From a virus (lineage: Duplodnaviria; Heunggongvirae; Uroviricota; Caudoviricetes): a stretch of 37,256 bases of DNA. Numbering within the stretch: the stretch's first letter is position 1; the number at the start of each line of letters is the position of its first letter. Both the position numbers and the translations under genes were made by a program. This document shows, piece by piece, positions 28,623-37,256 of this stretch. The DNA lies in IMG/VR virus record IMGVR_UViG_2537561978_000007; one strand, 5' to 3'. The notes under the pieces are model-generated. The model was given only the letters and a program-made list of their open reading frames with translations. It made no database searches and was not told the origin of the DNA.

Positions 28623-29048
28623 ATGAAAAGCTTTTACGTATTAATTTTAATTCTGGTTGCAAGCTTTGTTAGCGTCCCTGTTCAGGCGGTAACAGCTAAA
28701 AACTATGAGAAAGGAACTAAAGCTCAACAGAAATCAATATCTTACCTTTCATGTGCATTCTATGGCAGTAGCACACAATTAGATCCTAGCTACACGGAGC
28801 AAGTACCTACAGCCGATATCAAGATATTACAGAAAGCAGCTTACCACGCTTACAACGATGCGCTCTCATACTTTGGCTATGAGGAACCAGATCACGAACA
28901 ACGCATAATTGATTATGCTGAATTTGTGGCGTCGCAAGAAGCTGTGTTATGGGATAAGCCGGGAATGAATGGAAAGCAGGTAACACTAATTGCTCGTTCT
29001 CTCTACAATGAGAGTAACTGTAACTTGTTACTGGACTCAATTAAGTAG
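28623..29048 (+). CDS. Secreted protein of unknown function (moron)
   Basis: 141 aa; signal peptide MKSFYVLILILVASFVSVPVQA; GAGG RBS; candidate promoter TTTACA-N17-TAACGT upstream; AT-rich. Confidence 0.6.
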   Translation: MKSFYVLILILVASFVSVPVQAVTAKNYEKGTKAQQKSISYLSCAFYGSSTQLDPSYTEQVPTADIKILQKAAYHAYNDALSYFGYEEPDHEQRIIDYAEFVASQEAVLWDKPGMNGKQVTLIARSLYNESNCNLLLDSIK

Positions 29049-29207
29049 GAAAAAGATGGTATTTTGCCCGTAGTTTCAACCTTAATCTCCGAACCTATCG
29101 CAGAACGGGCGTTCACTCATCAAATAAACGCCACACCTAACGCCTCACTGTACTCGTTGTTCAACCTTGCTGACGCCAGAACCAAGTTCAGACGCCAGCA
29201 ACTTTTC

Positions 29208-29441
29208 TTAATGCAGCCAGCTGTCGTCTTCCCACACCTTCTGCATAATCTTCATCACTTGTTTTCTTTCTTCGTCCAGTTGCAGTCCGGTCAGTTCCAC
29301 ACCGTTAGAGCTACCTTTGCGGATGCGAATTACCGTTTTGGGATACAGGGGGCGCAGATTGCGGTAAAGCTCGGATTCAAGGGCGTCCAGGGTAGACTGG
29401 CTAATCTTCTGCTCTTTATCGATCATTATTTCAATGCGCAT
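29208..29441 (-). CDS. DinI-like protein (C-terminal-like part of a 186 Tum-type antirepressor module)
   Basis: 78 aa from MRIEIMIDKEQ...; aligns with E. coli DinI (MRIEVTIAK...ALAGELSRR...QETWE); GAGGTGA RBS. Confidence 0.7.
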   Translation of the reverse strand: MRIEIMIDKEQKISQSTLDALESELYRNLRPLYPKTVIRIRKGSSNGVELTGLQLDEERKQVMKIMQKVWEDDSWLH

Positions 29442-29451
29442 AAAGGTCACC

Positions 29452-29640
29452 TCAGCTGATGACATCCATTGAGCGGTTGTATTCGTGGGTTCTGATTTTT
29501 GCCATGAGTTCATCTGTCAGTTCAGAAACCCACTGCAAAGCCAGCCCCTTCTCTTCATCACTACACTCACTAGCCGCTACAAGCTTAAGAAAAAAATCAA
29601 TGCGCTGGAGCTTCAAAGACTCCAAAAAATAGTCCTGCAT
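29452..29640 (-). CDS. Small hypothetical protein upstream of the DinI-like gene
   Basis: 63 aa from MQDYFLESL...; start placed downstream of the LexA box; stop 10 nt before the DinI-like start. Confidence 0.4.
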   Translation of the reverse strand: MQDYFLESLKLQRIDFFLKLVAASECSDEEKGLALQWVSELTDELMAKIRTHEYNRSMDVIS

Positions 29641-29683
29641 CTTTCCTCCTATGACACCACAAGCAATACTGTATACATAACCA

Positions 29684-29699
29684 CTGTTTATATTTACAG
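29684..29699. promoter_or_regulatory. LexA (SOS) box CTGT-N8-ACAG
   Basis: CTGTttatatttACAG with an adjacent half-site TACTGTATAC; in AT-rich promoter region upstream of the minus-strand small-ORF/DinI-like operon. Confidence 0.55.
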
Positions 29700-29793
29700 T
29701 ATATAATAATCTTACTGATGTAAAACGTTTTTTTACGTTCATTAGCCTGATATGCCTGGTATTATTAAGAGCACGAATTGTTAACCCGCGTAA

Positions 29794-32208
29794 TTAATAC
29801 AGGTTTCGCCACTTATCATCTTCCTGCAAACGCTGGTTCCGATAGAAGATACGCAGGCCTGCTCCTGACGGAATACTGCCGCCGCGAAGGAGTAAATCGA
29901 CCTCTTTCTCGCTGCCATTAAATCCTCTGGACTTCAGTTCATAGACGAGCTGCTGTCGCTGATGGTCTATAATTCGCTGTTTGTAGTCTTTACGCCGTTT
30001 CGGTTTCACCAGGCGTAACCTTGCAGCCAGTTCCCGGCGCTCTTTTTTGCTCATACTGTGCAGGTAATCGTGCAACTCCTTGTCATCCATGCGGGTAATG
30101 TCCGTCCTGGTATCCCCATCAGCTGATTTGTCTTTCCCTTGTTGGTTCAAATTTTCAGCAAGGGGACAGTTATTGCCACGAGTCCAAGGGGCGCAAGCGC
30201 CCTGGTCGGCTGCCGCCTCCTGAACGTCAACGGCTTTACGAACCATTTTCCACTTCACTGCATGAGTGCAGATCTTGCCTTCTGCAATGGGTGACCAGAT
30301 GCCATAAATACGAATACCGTGATCGCCATAGGCGGTCGGCTCTTCATTGATTTCATAAGCGGTTCTGATCAAGTGATATTTGCGAGGAACCAGCACGCCG
30401 CCCTGCCTCATAATGTAGGTGGCAAAACAGCCAGCATCAGCAGCAGCCAGGATGGCATCAAGGCGCGGGTTATCCAGTACCGGCGCACCTGCTTTTTTGT
30501 CACCCTGCTGCCTTGCCGCCTGACCAGCCAACAACCGCAGTTCACGGTAAGCCTGACGCCCTGGAATACCAAAGAAGCGGAATTGCTGAACACGATGCAG
30601 AGACGCCCAGGCATTAACGTATTCAGCGTTATCACGCAGGGATTTACCCGTTTCCTTGCTGATCTCGCCAGCCAGACCACGCCCGTCAATGTTCTTACTG
30701 ATGTATTTCGCGATGTAGCTTGTCGGCGTTCCTTTGCGCGGGTTTATCAGCTCAGATTTAAAGCGTGGACCAGTGTTATTACCCAGTTCCTCGCGGTCTT
30801 CACGGATGGCAAACTTACGCAACAATGCAGTAATGGCGCGGCGGTCTTTTTTGCGCATAAAACACAACAGGTGCCAGTGAACTGTACCGTCATGATGCGG
30901 CTCAGCCACCCGCACGCCATACCAGCGCAACCCGGCTTTGTGCATCGCCTTACGAAATGCAGCAAACATGCCGACCAGATAATCGCTGCTTTGTCTTACC
31001 GTCGCATTTGTCCAGGTTGGGTTTGGTCTGCCGTTATTGAGCGTGGAATGGAAACGTGACGGACAGGTAATGGTGTAGAAAACGGCGCAGTCACCGCGCA
31101 TTTCCGCGATAAGCTCCAGACCTTTAACACAGGCCATCATCTCATTGCGGCGGTGCGCCGGGTTGCTGCTGCTGGCGTTTACCACGTCTTCCATATCCAG
31201 CGTGTCGCCCTCTTCGTTCACCAGTTCATGAGAACGGAAAAACTCCAGTGACTTGCGGCGCTGCTCACGTTTATGCATCACGGCTTCATAGCTGACATAG
31301 GGAGATGCTTTTTTGCTGACCAGGCAGACAGCACGCAACTGCTCTTCCCGCCATTCGCAACGCATTTTCCATAATTTCCGGTACCACCAGTCGGCGCACA
31401 ACATACGCGCCAGCGAACCCGGAATGAGTTCATAGGGCACGGGTTTACGGCGGTTTCTTTTCCGACGGAGTTGCTCAAACGCAGGCGGGATGACATCCAG
31501 ACGCAGGGTTTCCGCTGCCACCTTTTCCCATGTCTTGCGGATTTCTTCTGGCTTAACGTCATCGGTGGCATACAAATCACCACAAGCTGCATCAAGGCAC
31601 ATGCTCATATGCGCAGCGACAAGGGTAGACAGGCGTTTCACCTGATCCTGACTCATTTCAGGCAGAATCAGCAGGCCGTCCAGCCCTACATGGCTTGCCA
31701 TAAAACGAAAAGATGCAGATAGCTGGCTGTCGCGTACATGCTCCAGTCGTTCCAGACATGGCTTAATCGTCTCACGTAAATAGCGGGAATAAGCCTTTGG
31801 CCTGCCCAGGCTGCTGAAGTATTCAATACGTTGCATCAGCGGCTTGCTGATATGGGAAGGCTGGGCGTTGACGTCCGCCAGAATGACCATATCCGGATTA
31901 AAACGCTGCTGCTCATGCGCCAGCTTTGCCCGGCTAATGAGCTTATCCTGCTCCATTTCGTGCTGGACAGGATCACGTGATTCATTAAAAAAATAACGCT
32001 CCCAGACCTGATCACTCAGTGCCTCGCGGCGCAACTGTTCCTGCTCGTTATCGGCAGCGTACAGAGTGATCAGGTTTGAAAGCGCAGAAACCGGCGCAAC
32101 TTCCGCCGGGTCCAGATAAGGGTTAATGGCCTTTTTCGGGCTGTTCCATGAGAACGCTGCGGCAGCCTCGTTAAAGCCGCAGCAGTTGTTCATATCGGCA
32201 TGGCTCAT
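29794..32208 (-). CDS. A: Replication initiation protein A (rolling-circle nickase)
   Basis: 804 aa; P2/186 gpA-like; position upstream of the tum/cos region. Confidence 0.85.
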   Translation of the reverse strand: MSHADMNNCCGFNEAAAAFSWNSPKKAINPYLDPAEVAPVSALSNLITLYAADNEQEQLRREALSDQVWERYFFNESRDPVQHEMEQDKLISRAKLAHEQQRFNPDMVILADVNAQPSHISKPLMQRIEYFSSLGRPKAYSRYLRETIKPCLERLEHVRDSQLSASFRFMASHVGLDGLLILPEMSQDQVKRLSTLVAAHMSMCLDAACGDLYATDDVKPEEIRKTWEKVAAETLRLDVIPPAFEQLRRKRNRRKPVPYELIPGSLARMLCADWWYRKLWKMRCEWREEQLRAVCLVSKKASPYVSYEAVMHKREQRRKSLEFFRSHELVNEEGDTLDMEDVVNASSSNPAHRRNEMMACVKGLELIAEMRGDCAVFYTITCPSRFHSTLNNGRPNPTWTNATVRQSSDYLVGMFAAFRKAMHKAGLRWYGVRVAEPHHDGTVHWHLLCFMRKKDRRAITALLRKFAIREDREELGNNTGPRFKSELINPRKGTPTSYIAKYISKNIDGRGLAGEISKETGKSLRDNAEYVNAWASLHRVQQFRFFGIPGRQAYRELRLLAGQAARQQGDKKAGAPVLDNPRLDAILAAADAGCFATYIMRQGGVLVPRKYHLIRTAYEINEEPTAYGDHGIRIYGIWSPIAEGKICTHAVKWKMVRKAVDVQEAAADQGACAPWTRGNNCPLAENLNQQGKDKSADGDTRTDITRMDDKELHDYLHSMSKKERRELAARLRLVKPKRRKDYKQRIIDHQRQQLVYELKSRGFNGSEKEVDLLLRGGSIPSGAGLRIFYRNQRLQEDDKWRNLY

Positions 32209-33062
32209 GCACGTACTCCGTACACGGCAGAACTATCCACGCCACGCGAATAATCAAATCCCACCCAGCAGCGCGGCCCGGAAACAGCAATGATTTCTGT
32301 TGCTGATTTACCCTCGCCAGCTGCCACACCGATGATGCGTTTTACCTTGATATAGTGGTGAGTAAAATTGCGATACAGCGAACGGATCAGGGATGTGTCA
32401 CTGTTAGAAACAATGACCGGATGTCCTTCTGATGACCGATGTTCAAGAACAGATGCCAGGTGATACTGGTCATCTTCAGTGAAGCCGTCAGTGTGATAGC
32501 CGGAAAACGTACCGTCATACGGTGGATCGCAATACACCACATCCCCCGCCTTCAACATCGCCAGCGTTTCATCAAAGCTGGCGCAGATAAACGTTGCTCG
32601 CTGGGCTTTTTCTGCAAATGCGCGAATTTCTTTTTCAGGGAAATACGGATTTTTATAATTGCCGTAGGGAATGTTGAAATGCCCGCTCTTGTTATAGCGA
32701 CATAAACCACGGTAACCGTGACGATTGAGATACAGGAAATATACCGCTTTCATGAAATCAGTAATTTCAGTTGAGTAATTAAACTCCTTCCTTATGTTGT
32801 AATAAGCCACCTCCCTGTTTGCGATCTCAAATAAAACTCTGGCGCGAGATATAAACGATTCACAATCAGCAGCAACCTTTTTATAGAGGTTGATTAAATC
32901 AGGATTAATATCCGCAACAAGATAGCTGGGGTACTCCGTCTCCATCATCACTGCACAGGAACCCGCGAAAGGTTCAACCAGTCGCGGGCCAGCAGGAAGA
33001 TGCTTTTTCAGTTCGGACATAATGGCGGTTTTATTTCCCGCCCATTTCAGGATGGTGCTCAT
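32205..33062 (-). CDS. dam: DNA adenine methyltransferase (Dam/D12-class)
   Basis: From [11 protein letters not shown]...; SAM-binding [10 protein letters not shown] and catalytic DPPY motif; overlaps A start by 4 bp. Confidence 0.85.
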   Translation of the reverse strand: MSTILKWAGNKTAIMSELKKHLPAGPRLVEPFAGSCAVMMETEYPSYLVADINPDLINLYKKVAADCESFISRARVLFEIANREVAYYNIRKEFNYSTEITDFMKAVYFLYLNRHGYRGLCRYNKSGHFNIPYGNYKNPYFPEKEIRAFAEKAQRATFICASFDETLAMLKAGDVVYCDPPYDGTFSGYHTDGFTEDDQYHLASVLEHRSSEGHPVIVSNSDTSLIRSLYRNFTHHYIKVKRIIGVAAGEGKSATEIIAVSGPRCWVGFDYSRGVDSSAVYGVRA

Positions 33063-33286
33063 ACAGCACCTCCGTTGTAATGTTTGCCTTTCAGCTCTGC
33101 GATTTCCTGACAGGTAATGCAAAGCTGCACACCTGGAATGGCACGGCGGCGTGCTGGCGGAATTGGCGCTTCACACTCAATGCAAAGCACGCGGGACACG
33201 CCCGGCGTTTTGGCACGGGCAGCACGGATATGACGCTGGCGTTCTTCTTCAACGCGCTGCTGTACGAGATCCATTGCATCAGCCAT
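33059..33286 (-). CDS. TraR/DksA-family C4 zinc-finger protein
   Basis: 75 aa; CIECEAPIPPARRRAIPGVQLCITCQE; common P2-family early-region gene. Confidence 0.75.
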   Translation of the reverse strand: MADAMDLVQQRVEEERQRHIRAARAKTPGVSRVLCIECEAPIPPARRRAIPGVQLCITCQEIAELKGKHYNGGAV

Positions 33287-33525
33287 TAGTGGATCTCCTG
33301 CGCTTCGTTCTGGATTGCTTCAGCAGTCACGCGCAGCAGTTCTGCCGCTTCGACGTGGTTTAGCTGGCGGGATGTGATATGGCACGCAAGGCTATCAAGG
33401 CGGGCAGCCATTGCCTCTGCTCTTGCCCGGCGTTCTTCCAGACGAGCCTCTGTCAGTAAAATATTAAGCCCTGCGTCATCCGGTCCGGTTTTGGTCGAGA
33501 GGGTTTCAATATTACGCATAATCAA
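33286..33525 (-). CDS. Hypothetical early protein
   Basis: 79 aa ORF in the early operon, tightly packed with neighbours. Confidence 0.5.
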   Translation of the reverse strand: MIMRNIETLSTKTGPDDAGLNILLTEARLEERRARAEAMAARLDSLACHITSRQLNHVEAAELLRVTAEAIQNEAQEIH

Positions 33526-33586
33526 TTCTCCTGAATTTAGATAAAGGGATGCCCGGCGGGTTTACGCCATTAATTTCATTAGTTGG

Positions 33587-33928
33587 TTAATTCGGCATGG
33601 TTAGCCGTCTGGGAAATAAGCTCACCACTGCACGAAAATGATTCATTGCTTTAATCAGCTCCCGCTTTTCGTCAGTGGTCAGCTCATTAATGCTGATGCT
33701 ATGACGTTCAGCTGGAATTTTTGCCATAAAGAATATGGCAGCCAGTGCCCGTTTATTTTGTTCATTATTGATATCCCGTGGATCACGCATATCTTTAATA
33801 AACTGCTCAAGCTCTGACTCAATATTCAGGCCAAAAACTTTCGCCCTTAACTCCGCAATGTGATTAAGTCCATTCAGGCGTTCACCGGGGCTTAATGGAA
33901 CAGTTGCTGCAGCGCCATTAATTGCCAT
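33587..33928 (-). CDS. Hypothetical early protein
   Basis: 113 aa ORF in the early operon. Confidence 0.5.
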   Translation of the reverse strand: MAINGAAATVPLSPGERLNGLNHIAELRAKVFGLNIESELEQFIKDMRDPRDINNEQNKRALAAIFFMAKIPAERHSISINELTTDEKRELIKAMNHFRAVVSLFPRRLTMPN

Positions 33929-33950
33929 ACTTCATATTCCCCAAACGCAG

Positions 33951-34175
33951 CTATCGTTCTTTGTTCTTACGGTAACGCTCAAGAGGAGATACATTTTTTC
34001 GTATCGTCTCTTTAACCTGCTCTCCCCGTAAAAACGTCCCATCCTTTAACGTGAAAAAGTAACTGCCATCTCCCGACAATGACGGATAGCAACAGAGCAA
34101 ATCATCTTCAGGTACTGAATAACTCTCCCCTCTGTAACGAAACTGATAAACCACTTCACTTTCTGCCGCATACAT
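33951..34175 (-). CDS. Hypothetical early protein
   Basis: 74 aa ORF; overlaps an alternative-frame ORF (34046..34342), so the gene model is uncertain. Confidence 0.35.
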   Translation of the reverse strand: MYAAESEVVYQFRYRGESYSVPEDDLLCCYPSLSGDGSYFFTLKDGTFLRGEQVKETIRKNVSPLERYRKNKER

Positions 34176-34349
34176 TTGGACTTTCTCCGTTTCCTCGTGG
34201 TCAATTCAGACAGCAATTCATCTTGTGAATGACATGGATGCCAGCGTTTTCCATCCTCACCCGTGATCCAGCCGTAACCGTAGTGCATTGCCGGGCTTTG
34301 TTTTACCAGCAGCGATGCAAATGATGGTTCTTTCGTCAGCATAAGCACC

Positions 34350-34865
34350 TCACAGCAAACCGAATGAAGCACCGAGGCCAGTCACGGTATCAACTGCACT
34401 CGCCATCGCAGGATTAGCCTGTAAACGGGCCTGCAATGAAACAGCAGCCAGCGCCATCAGTCGTGTTACAGAGTTAATGCTGCTGATAGCATCACGACGA
34501 CCGGCACAGGTTTTTACATCGCCAGACACCGCACCTGCAGCAACACGCCCGATCTCTGCGGTTGCACTCATGACGTAATGTGGCAGTTTCTCTTTTGCCA
34601 CCTCATTAATCGGTACACATGGCAGACAATGAATCTGTGCCAGAAAACCATCTACCAGCGTTGAATCTTCAGTCAGATCGGTAAGCAGCCAGATTTCTGG
34701 TGCGGTTAATAAATGAGGCTGAGCTGGGTTCAGCTTGTTCCGCAGAATCTGCACATTCATGCCTGCACGTTCTGCCAGTTGCACCAGATTGTGGCGCAGT
34801 GCAAATGCACGACAGGCTTCATCAAAATGTGGATGTTTGGAAACTTGGTAATCAAACATGGTCAA
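34350..34865 (-). CDS. cII: CII-like transcriptional activator (phage 186 type)
   Basis: 171 aa; near-collinear with 186 CII as I recall it (MFDFQVSKHPHYDEACRAF...[12 protein letters not shown]). Confidence 0.8.
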   Translation of the reverse strand: MTMFDYQVSKHPHFDEACRAFALRHNLVQLAERAGMNVQILRNKLNPAQPHLLTAPEIWLLTDLTEDSTLVDGFLAQIHCLPCVPINEVAKEKLPHYVMSATAEIGRVAAGAVSGDVKTCAGRRDAISSINSVTRLMALAAVSLQARLQANPAMASAVDTVTGLGASFGLL

Positions 34866-34891
34866 TGCCTCTGATGTATTTCAGAATCGAA

Positions 34892-35113
34892 CTAATTAAG
34901 GTTTAGATTGCATTCTGAAAGCGCATCAACGGTCATTGCTGCTATGTTGATCATCACTTTTTCGCGTTTTTTATCTTTGCGCAGACGGTGACGGATAAGG
35001 CGTCCATCAGCCAACATGTCATTGATGGTATCGATGGATAGCCCTGTCAGCTCGCTATAGCGTTCAATAGTCACATGAGGCGTGGTAAGAGTGATTGAAA
35101 TGTTAGGTCTCAT
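34892..35113 (-). CDS. apl: Apl/Cox-like excisionase and repressor of the lysogenic promoter
   Basis: 73 aa HTH protein, first gene of the lytic operon, divergent from cI. Confidence 0.7.
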   Translation of the reverse strand: MRPNISITLTTPHVTIERYSELTGLSIDTINDMLADGRLIRHRLRKDKKREKVMINIAAMTVDALSECNLNLN

Positions 35114-35238
35114 GATGCAACATTCCTCGTTTAATGATGATTAATCAGGACGAATACGGATCGTTTGTATTTTGTGAACACCATAAACATACGATCGCAC
35201 GGCGAAATCGTCAAGATAAAAGTTCACTTGGAGTGACC

Positions 35239-35808
35239 ATGAATTTGGAGAAAGGCGGACGAGGCGCCATAGAGCGCATGGTAGAAGCTTATGGATTCAA
35301 GACTCGACAGGCGTTGTGCGATCATTTAGGAATCTCTAAAAGTACACTCGCCACACGCTACATGCGTGACTCATTCCCAGCAGAATGGGTAATCCAGTGC
35401 GCCCTTGAAACGGGCACCTCGCTTAATTGGCTCACAACCGGACATGGTTCAAAGCAAACTTCAGGTAATACAAATACTATGGAAGTTGCTAAATATGTAT
35501 TATCTGATGGTGCCTTGCGTGAAGACGGTTTTTATATTTTTGATAAGGGATTTCTACCCTCTACGTTTAAAAAACCTTTTGTCATCACAGATAACAATTC
35601 TGAATTTATTTGTGATAAAGAATTTGATGACATACGTGATGGTAAATGGGTAATAAGTATTGATGGCGAAGTAACGATCCGTGACATTACTCGTTTACCC
35701 GGTGGAAGAATCTTCGTCGAGGGTGGAAACAGAGCCTTCGAATGTAAGATAGAAGACATTGAAATAATTGGTAAAATTATAAGTTTAACAGTTAAATATG
35801 TTAGATAA
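35239..35808 (+). CDS. cI: CI immunity repressor (186 type)
   Basis: 189 aa from MNLEKGGRGAIERM...; N-terminal HTH (TRQALCDHLGISKSTLATRY); GGAG RBS; divergent from apl. Confidence 0.75.
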   Translation: MNLEKGGRGAIERMVEAYGFKTRQALCDHLGISKSTLATRYMRDSFPAEWVIQCALETGTSLNWLTTGHGSKQTSGNTNTMEVAKYVLSDGALREDGFYIFDKGFLPSTFKKPFVITDNNSEFICDKEFDDIRDGKWVISIDGEVTIRDITRLPGGRIFVEGGNRAFECKIEDIEIIGKIISLTVKYVR

Positions 35809-35823
35809 TACCGGGAGGAAACT

Positions 35824-36015
35824 ATGCTTGGTAAAGTATTTTTTGTGGTTTTATCATGCTCTTTGTTATTAAGCCCACTAACTACCTATGCTAAAAATTA
35901 TCCTTGTTCTGGGAAAAAGGGAGGTGTCTCTCACTGTACCTCCGATGGAAAATTTGTTTGCAATGATGGAACTATTAGTAAATCCAAAAAAATCTGTACT
36001 AAAAACTCACGATAA
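35824..36015 (+). CDS. Small secreted Cys-rich peptide (lysogenic-conversion candidate)
   Basis: 63 aa; signal peptide [23 protein letters not shown]; four Cys in the mature 40 residues; strong RBS GGGAGG; between cI and int. Confidence 0.55.
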   Translation: MLGKVFFVVLSCSLLLSPLTTYAKNYPCSGKKGGVSHCTSDGKFVCNDGTISKSKKICTKNSR

Positions 36016-36203
36016 CTTTTGCTTTTATATCTGCGTCTAAAATAAAAATGAGCCGCAGGTTAACCGCAAAAGTTACATGCTCACATAGCAAAAAGAATAG
36101 CCAACTTCATTATGGCTTCAGTGAGATGTATGGTCGTAGGATTTCATACATTGACACTGGTTATACATACAGTAAAAATGCTCTCTACTGGAGGGCATTT
36201 TTT

Positions 36204-37256
36204 ATGGCAGTACGAAAACTCACCACTGGGAAATGGCTTTGCGAATGTTACCCCGCCGGACGAAGTGGGCGTCGTGTGCGTAAACAATTCGCCACCAAAG
36301 GCGAAGCACTGGCTTTTGAGCGCCACACGATGGAAGAAACCGAAGCAAAGCCCTGGCTGGGTGAATCAGTGGATCGTCGAACACTGAAAGACGTGGTTGA
36401 GCTATGGTTCAAACTACATGGTAAATCTCTGACAGCTGGGCAGCATGTCTATGACAAATTGCTGTTGATGGTTGACGCTCTGGGCAATCCTCTTGCAACC
36501 GATCTCACCTCTAAAATGTTTGCCCATTATCGAGATAAACGCCTGACAGGCGAGATCTACTTCAGCGAGAAATGGAAGAAAGGAGCAAGCCCGGTCACCA
36601 TTAACCTGGAGCAAAGCTATCTAAGTAGTGTTTTTAGCGAACTATCCCGTCTGGGCGAATGGTCGTATCCGAACCCACTGGAGAACATGCGAAAATTCAC
36701 CATCGCAGAAAAAGAGATGGCATGGCTTACCCATGAGCAGATTGTTGAATTGCTGGCTGATTGCAAACGTCAGGACCCAATTCTGGCACTGGTAGTTAAG
36801 ATATGCTTAAGCACAGGCGCACGCTGGCGTGAAGCCGTAAATCTTACCCGCTCACAGGTGACCAAATACCGAATTACCTTTGTCAGAACGAAGGGGAAGA
36901 AAAACAGAAGCATCCCTATCAGTAAAGAGCTTTACGAAGAGATCATGGCGCTTGATGGGTTCAATTTCTTCACAGACTGCTATTTTCAATTTTTATCCGT
37001 GATGGAAAAAACGTCTATCGTGCTCCCTCGCGGTCAACTCACACACGTTCTGCGCCATACGTTTGCGGCGCACTTCATGATGTCGGGTGGAAACATTCTG
37101 GCCTTACAAAAAATTCTCGGACACCACGATATAAAAATGACTATGCGTTACGCACATCTGGCACCGGATCATCTGGAAACGGCGCTCCGTTTCAATCCTC
37201 TGGCAACGCTGCCAAGTGGCGACAAAGTGGCGGCAGCGGTTGGCATTACCCCGTAA
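36204..37256 (+). CDS. int: Tyrosine integrase
   Basis: From MAVRKLTTGKW...; C-terminal catalytic region with ...LRHTFAAHFMMSGGNILALQKILGHHDIKMTMRYAHL (R, H-x-x-R, Y) similar to P2 Int; stop coincides with the window end. Confidence 0.85.
   Translation: MAVRKLTTGKWLCECYPAGRSGRRVRKQFATKGEALAFERHTMEETEAKPWLGESVDRRTLKDVVELWFKLHGKSLTAGQHVYDKLLLMVDALGNPLATDLTSKMFAHYRDKRLTGEIYFSEKWKKGASPVTINLEQSYLSSVFSELSRLGEWSYPNPLENMRKFTIAEKEMAWLTHEQIVELLADCKRQDPILALVVKICLSTGARWREAVNLTRSQVTKYRITFVRTKGKKNRSIPISKELYEEIMALDGFNFFTDCYFQFLSVMEKTSIVLPRGQLTHVLRHTFAAHFMMSGGNILALQKILGHHDIKMTMRYAHLAPDHLETALRFNPLATLPSGDKVAAAVGITP

Larger units (their letters stand above)
2640..37256. mobile_element. P2/186-family prophage (right end beyond the window; left boundary approximate)
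   Basis: Collinear set of P2/186 orthologues from ogr (2856) to int (ends 37256), abutting host ybjL; att sites not identified. Confidence 0.85.

Noticed and set aside
29452-29742. Upstream start (29742) of the 96-aa ORF preceding the DinI-like gene
   Set aside because: That start would place the LexA box and promoter inside the coding sequence; the internal Met at 29640 downstream of the operator is the more plausible start.
30319-31059. 246-aa plus-strand ORF inside replication gene A
   Set aside because: Antisense to gpA; no supporting signals.

Overview
This window is the edge of an E. coli-type chromosome (grxA, ybjM, ybjL; 1..2620) followed by a nearly complete P2/186-family prophage (about 2.7 kb to the window end), inserted downstream of ybjL and ending exactly at the integrase stop codon. 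All calls are from reading the ORF translations and the DNA by eye against remembered P2/186 proteins and motifs; no searches were run. The backbone is syntenic with P2/186: ogr/B, D, U, T, E/E', FII, FI, tail fibre H plus assembly gene, I, J, W, V, S, R, the lysis cassette, X, L, M, N, O, then P and Q, cos, the replication gene A, and a 186-type switch (cII, apl, cI, int). Several AT-rich accessory islets interrupt it. The most interesting is a two-gene cassette between portal gene Q and cos: a trypsin-like serine protease plus a small tail-anchored membrane protein, which I propose as an undescribed defence or exclusion module. Others are a solitary OLD/PARIS-like ABC-ATPase/Toprim gene between S and V, flanked by a (GGTTAGA)x7 tandem repeat; a Pin/Gin-type invertase with a 1.8 kb invertible tail-fibre segment at the Z/fun position; a secreted protein between cos and a LexA-box-controlled DinI-like (tum-like) module; a Dam methyltransferase; and a small Cys-rich secreted peptide between cI and int.
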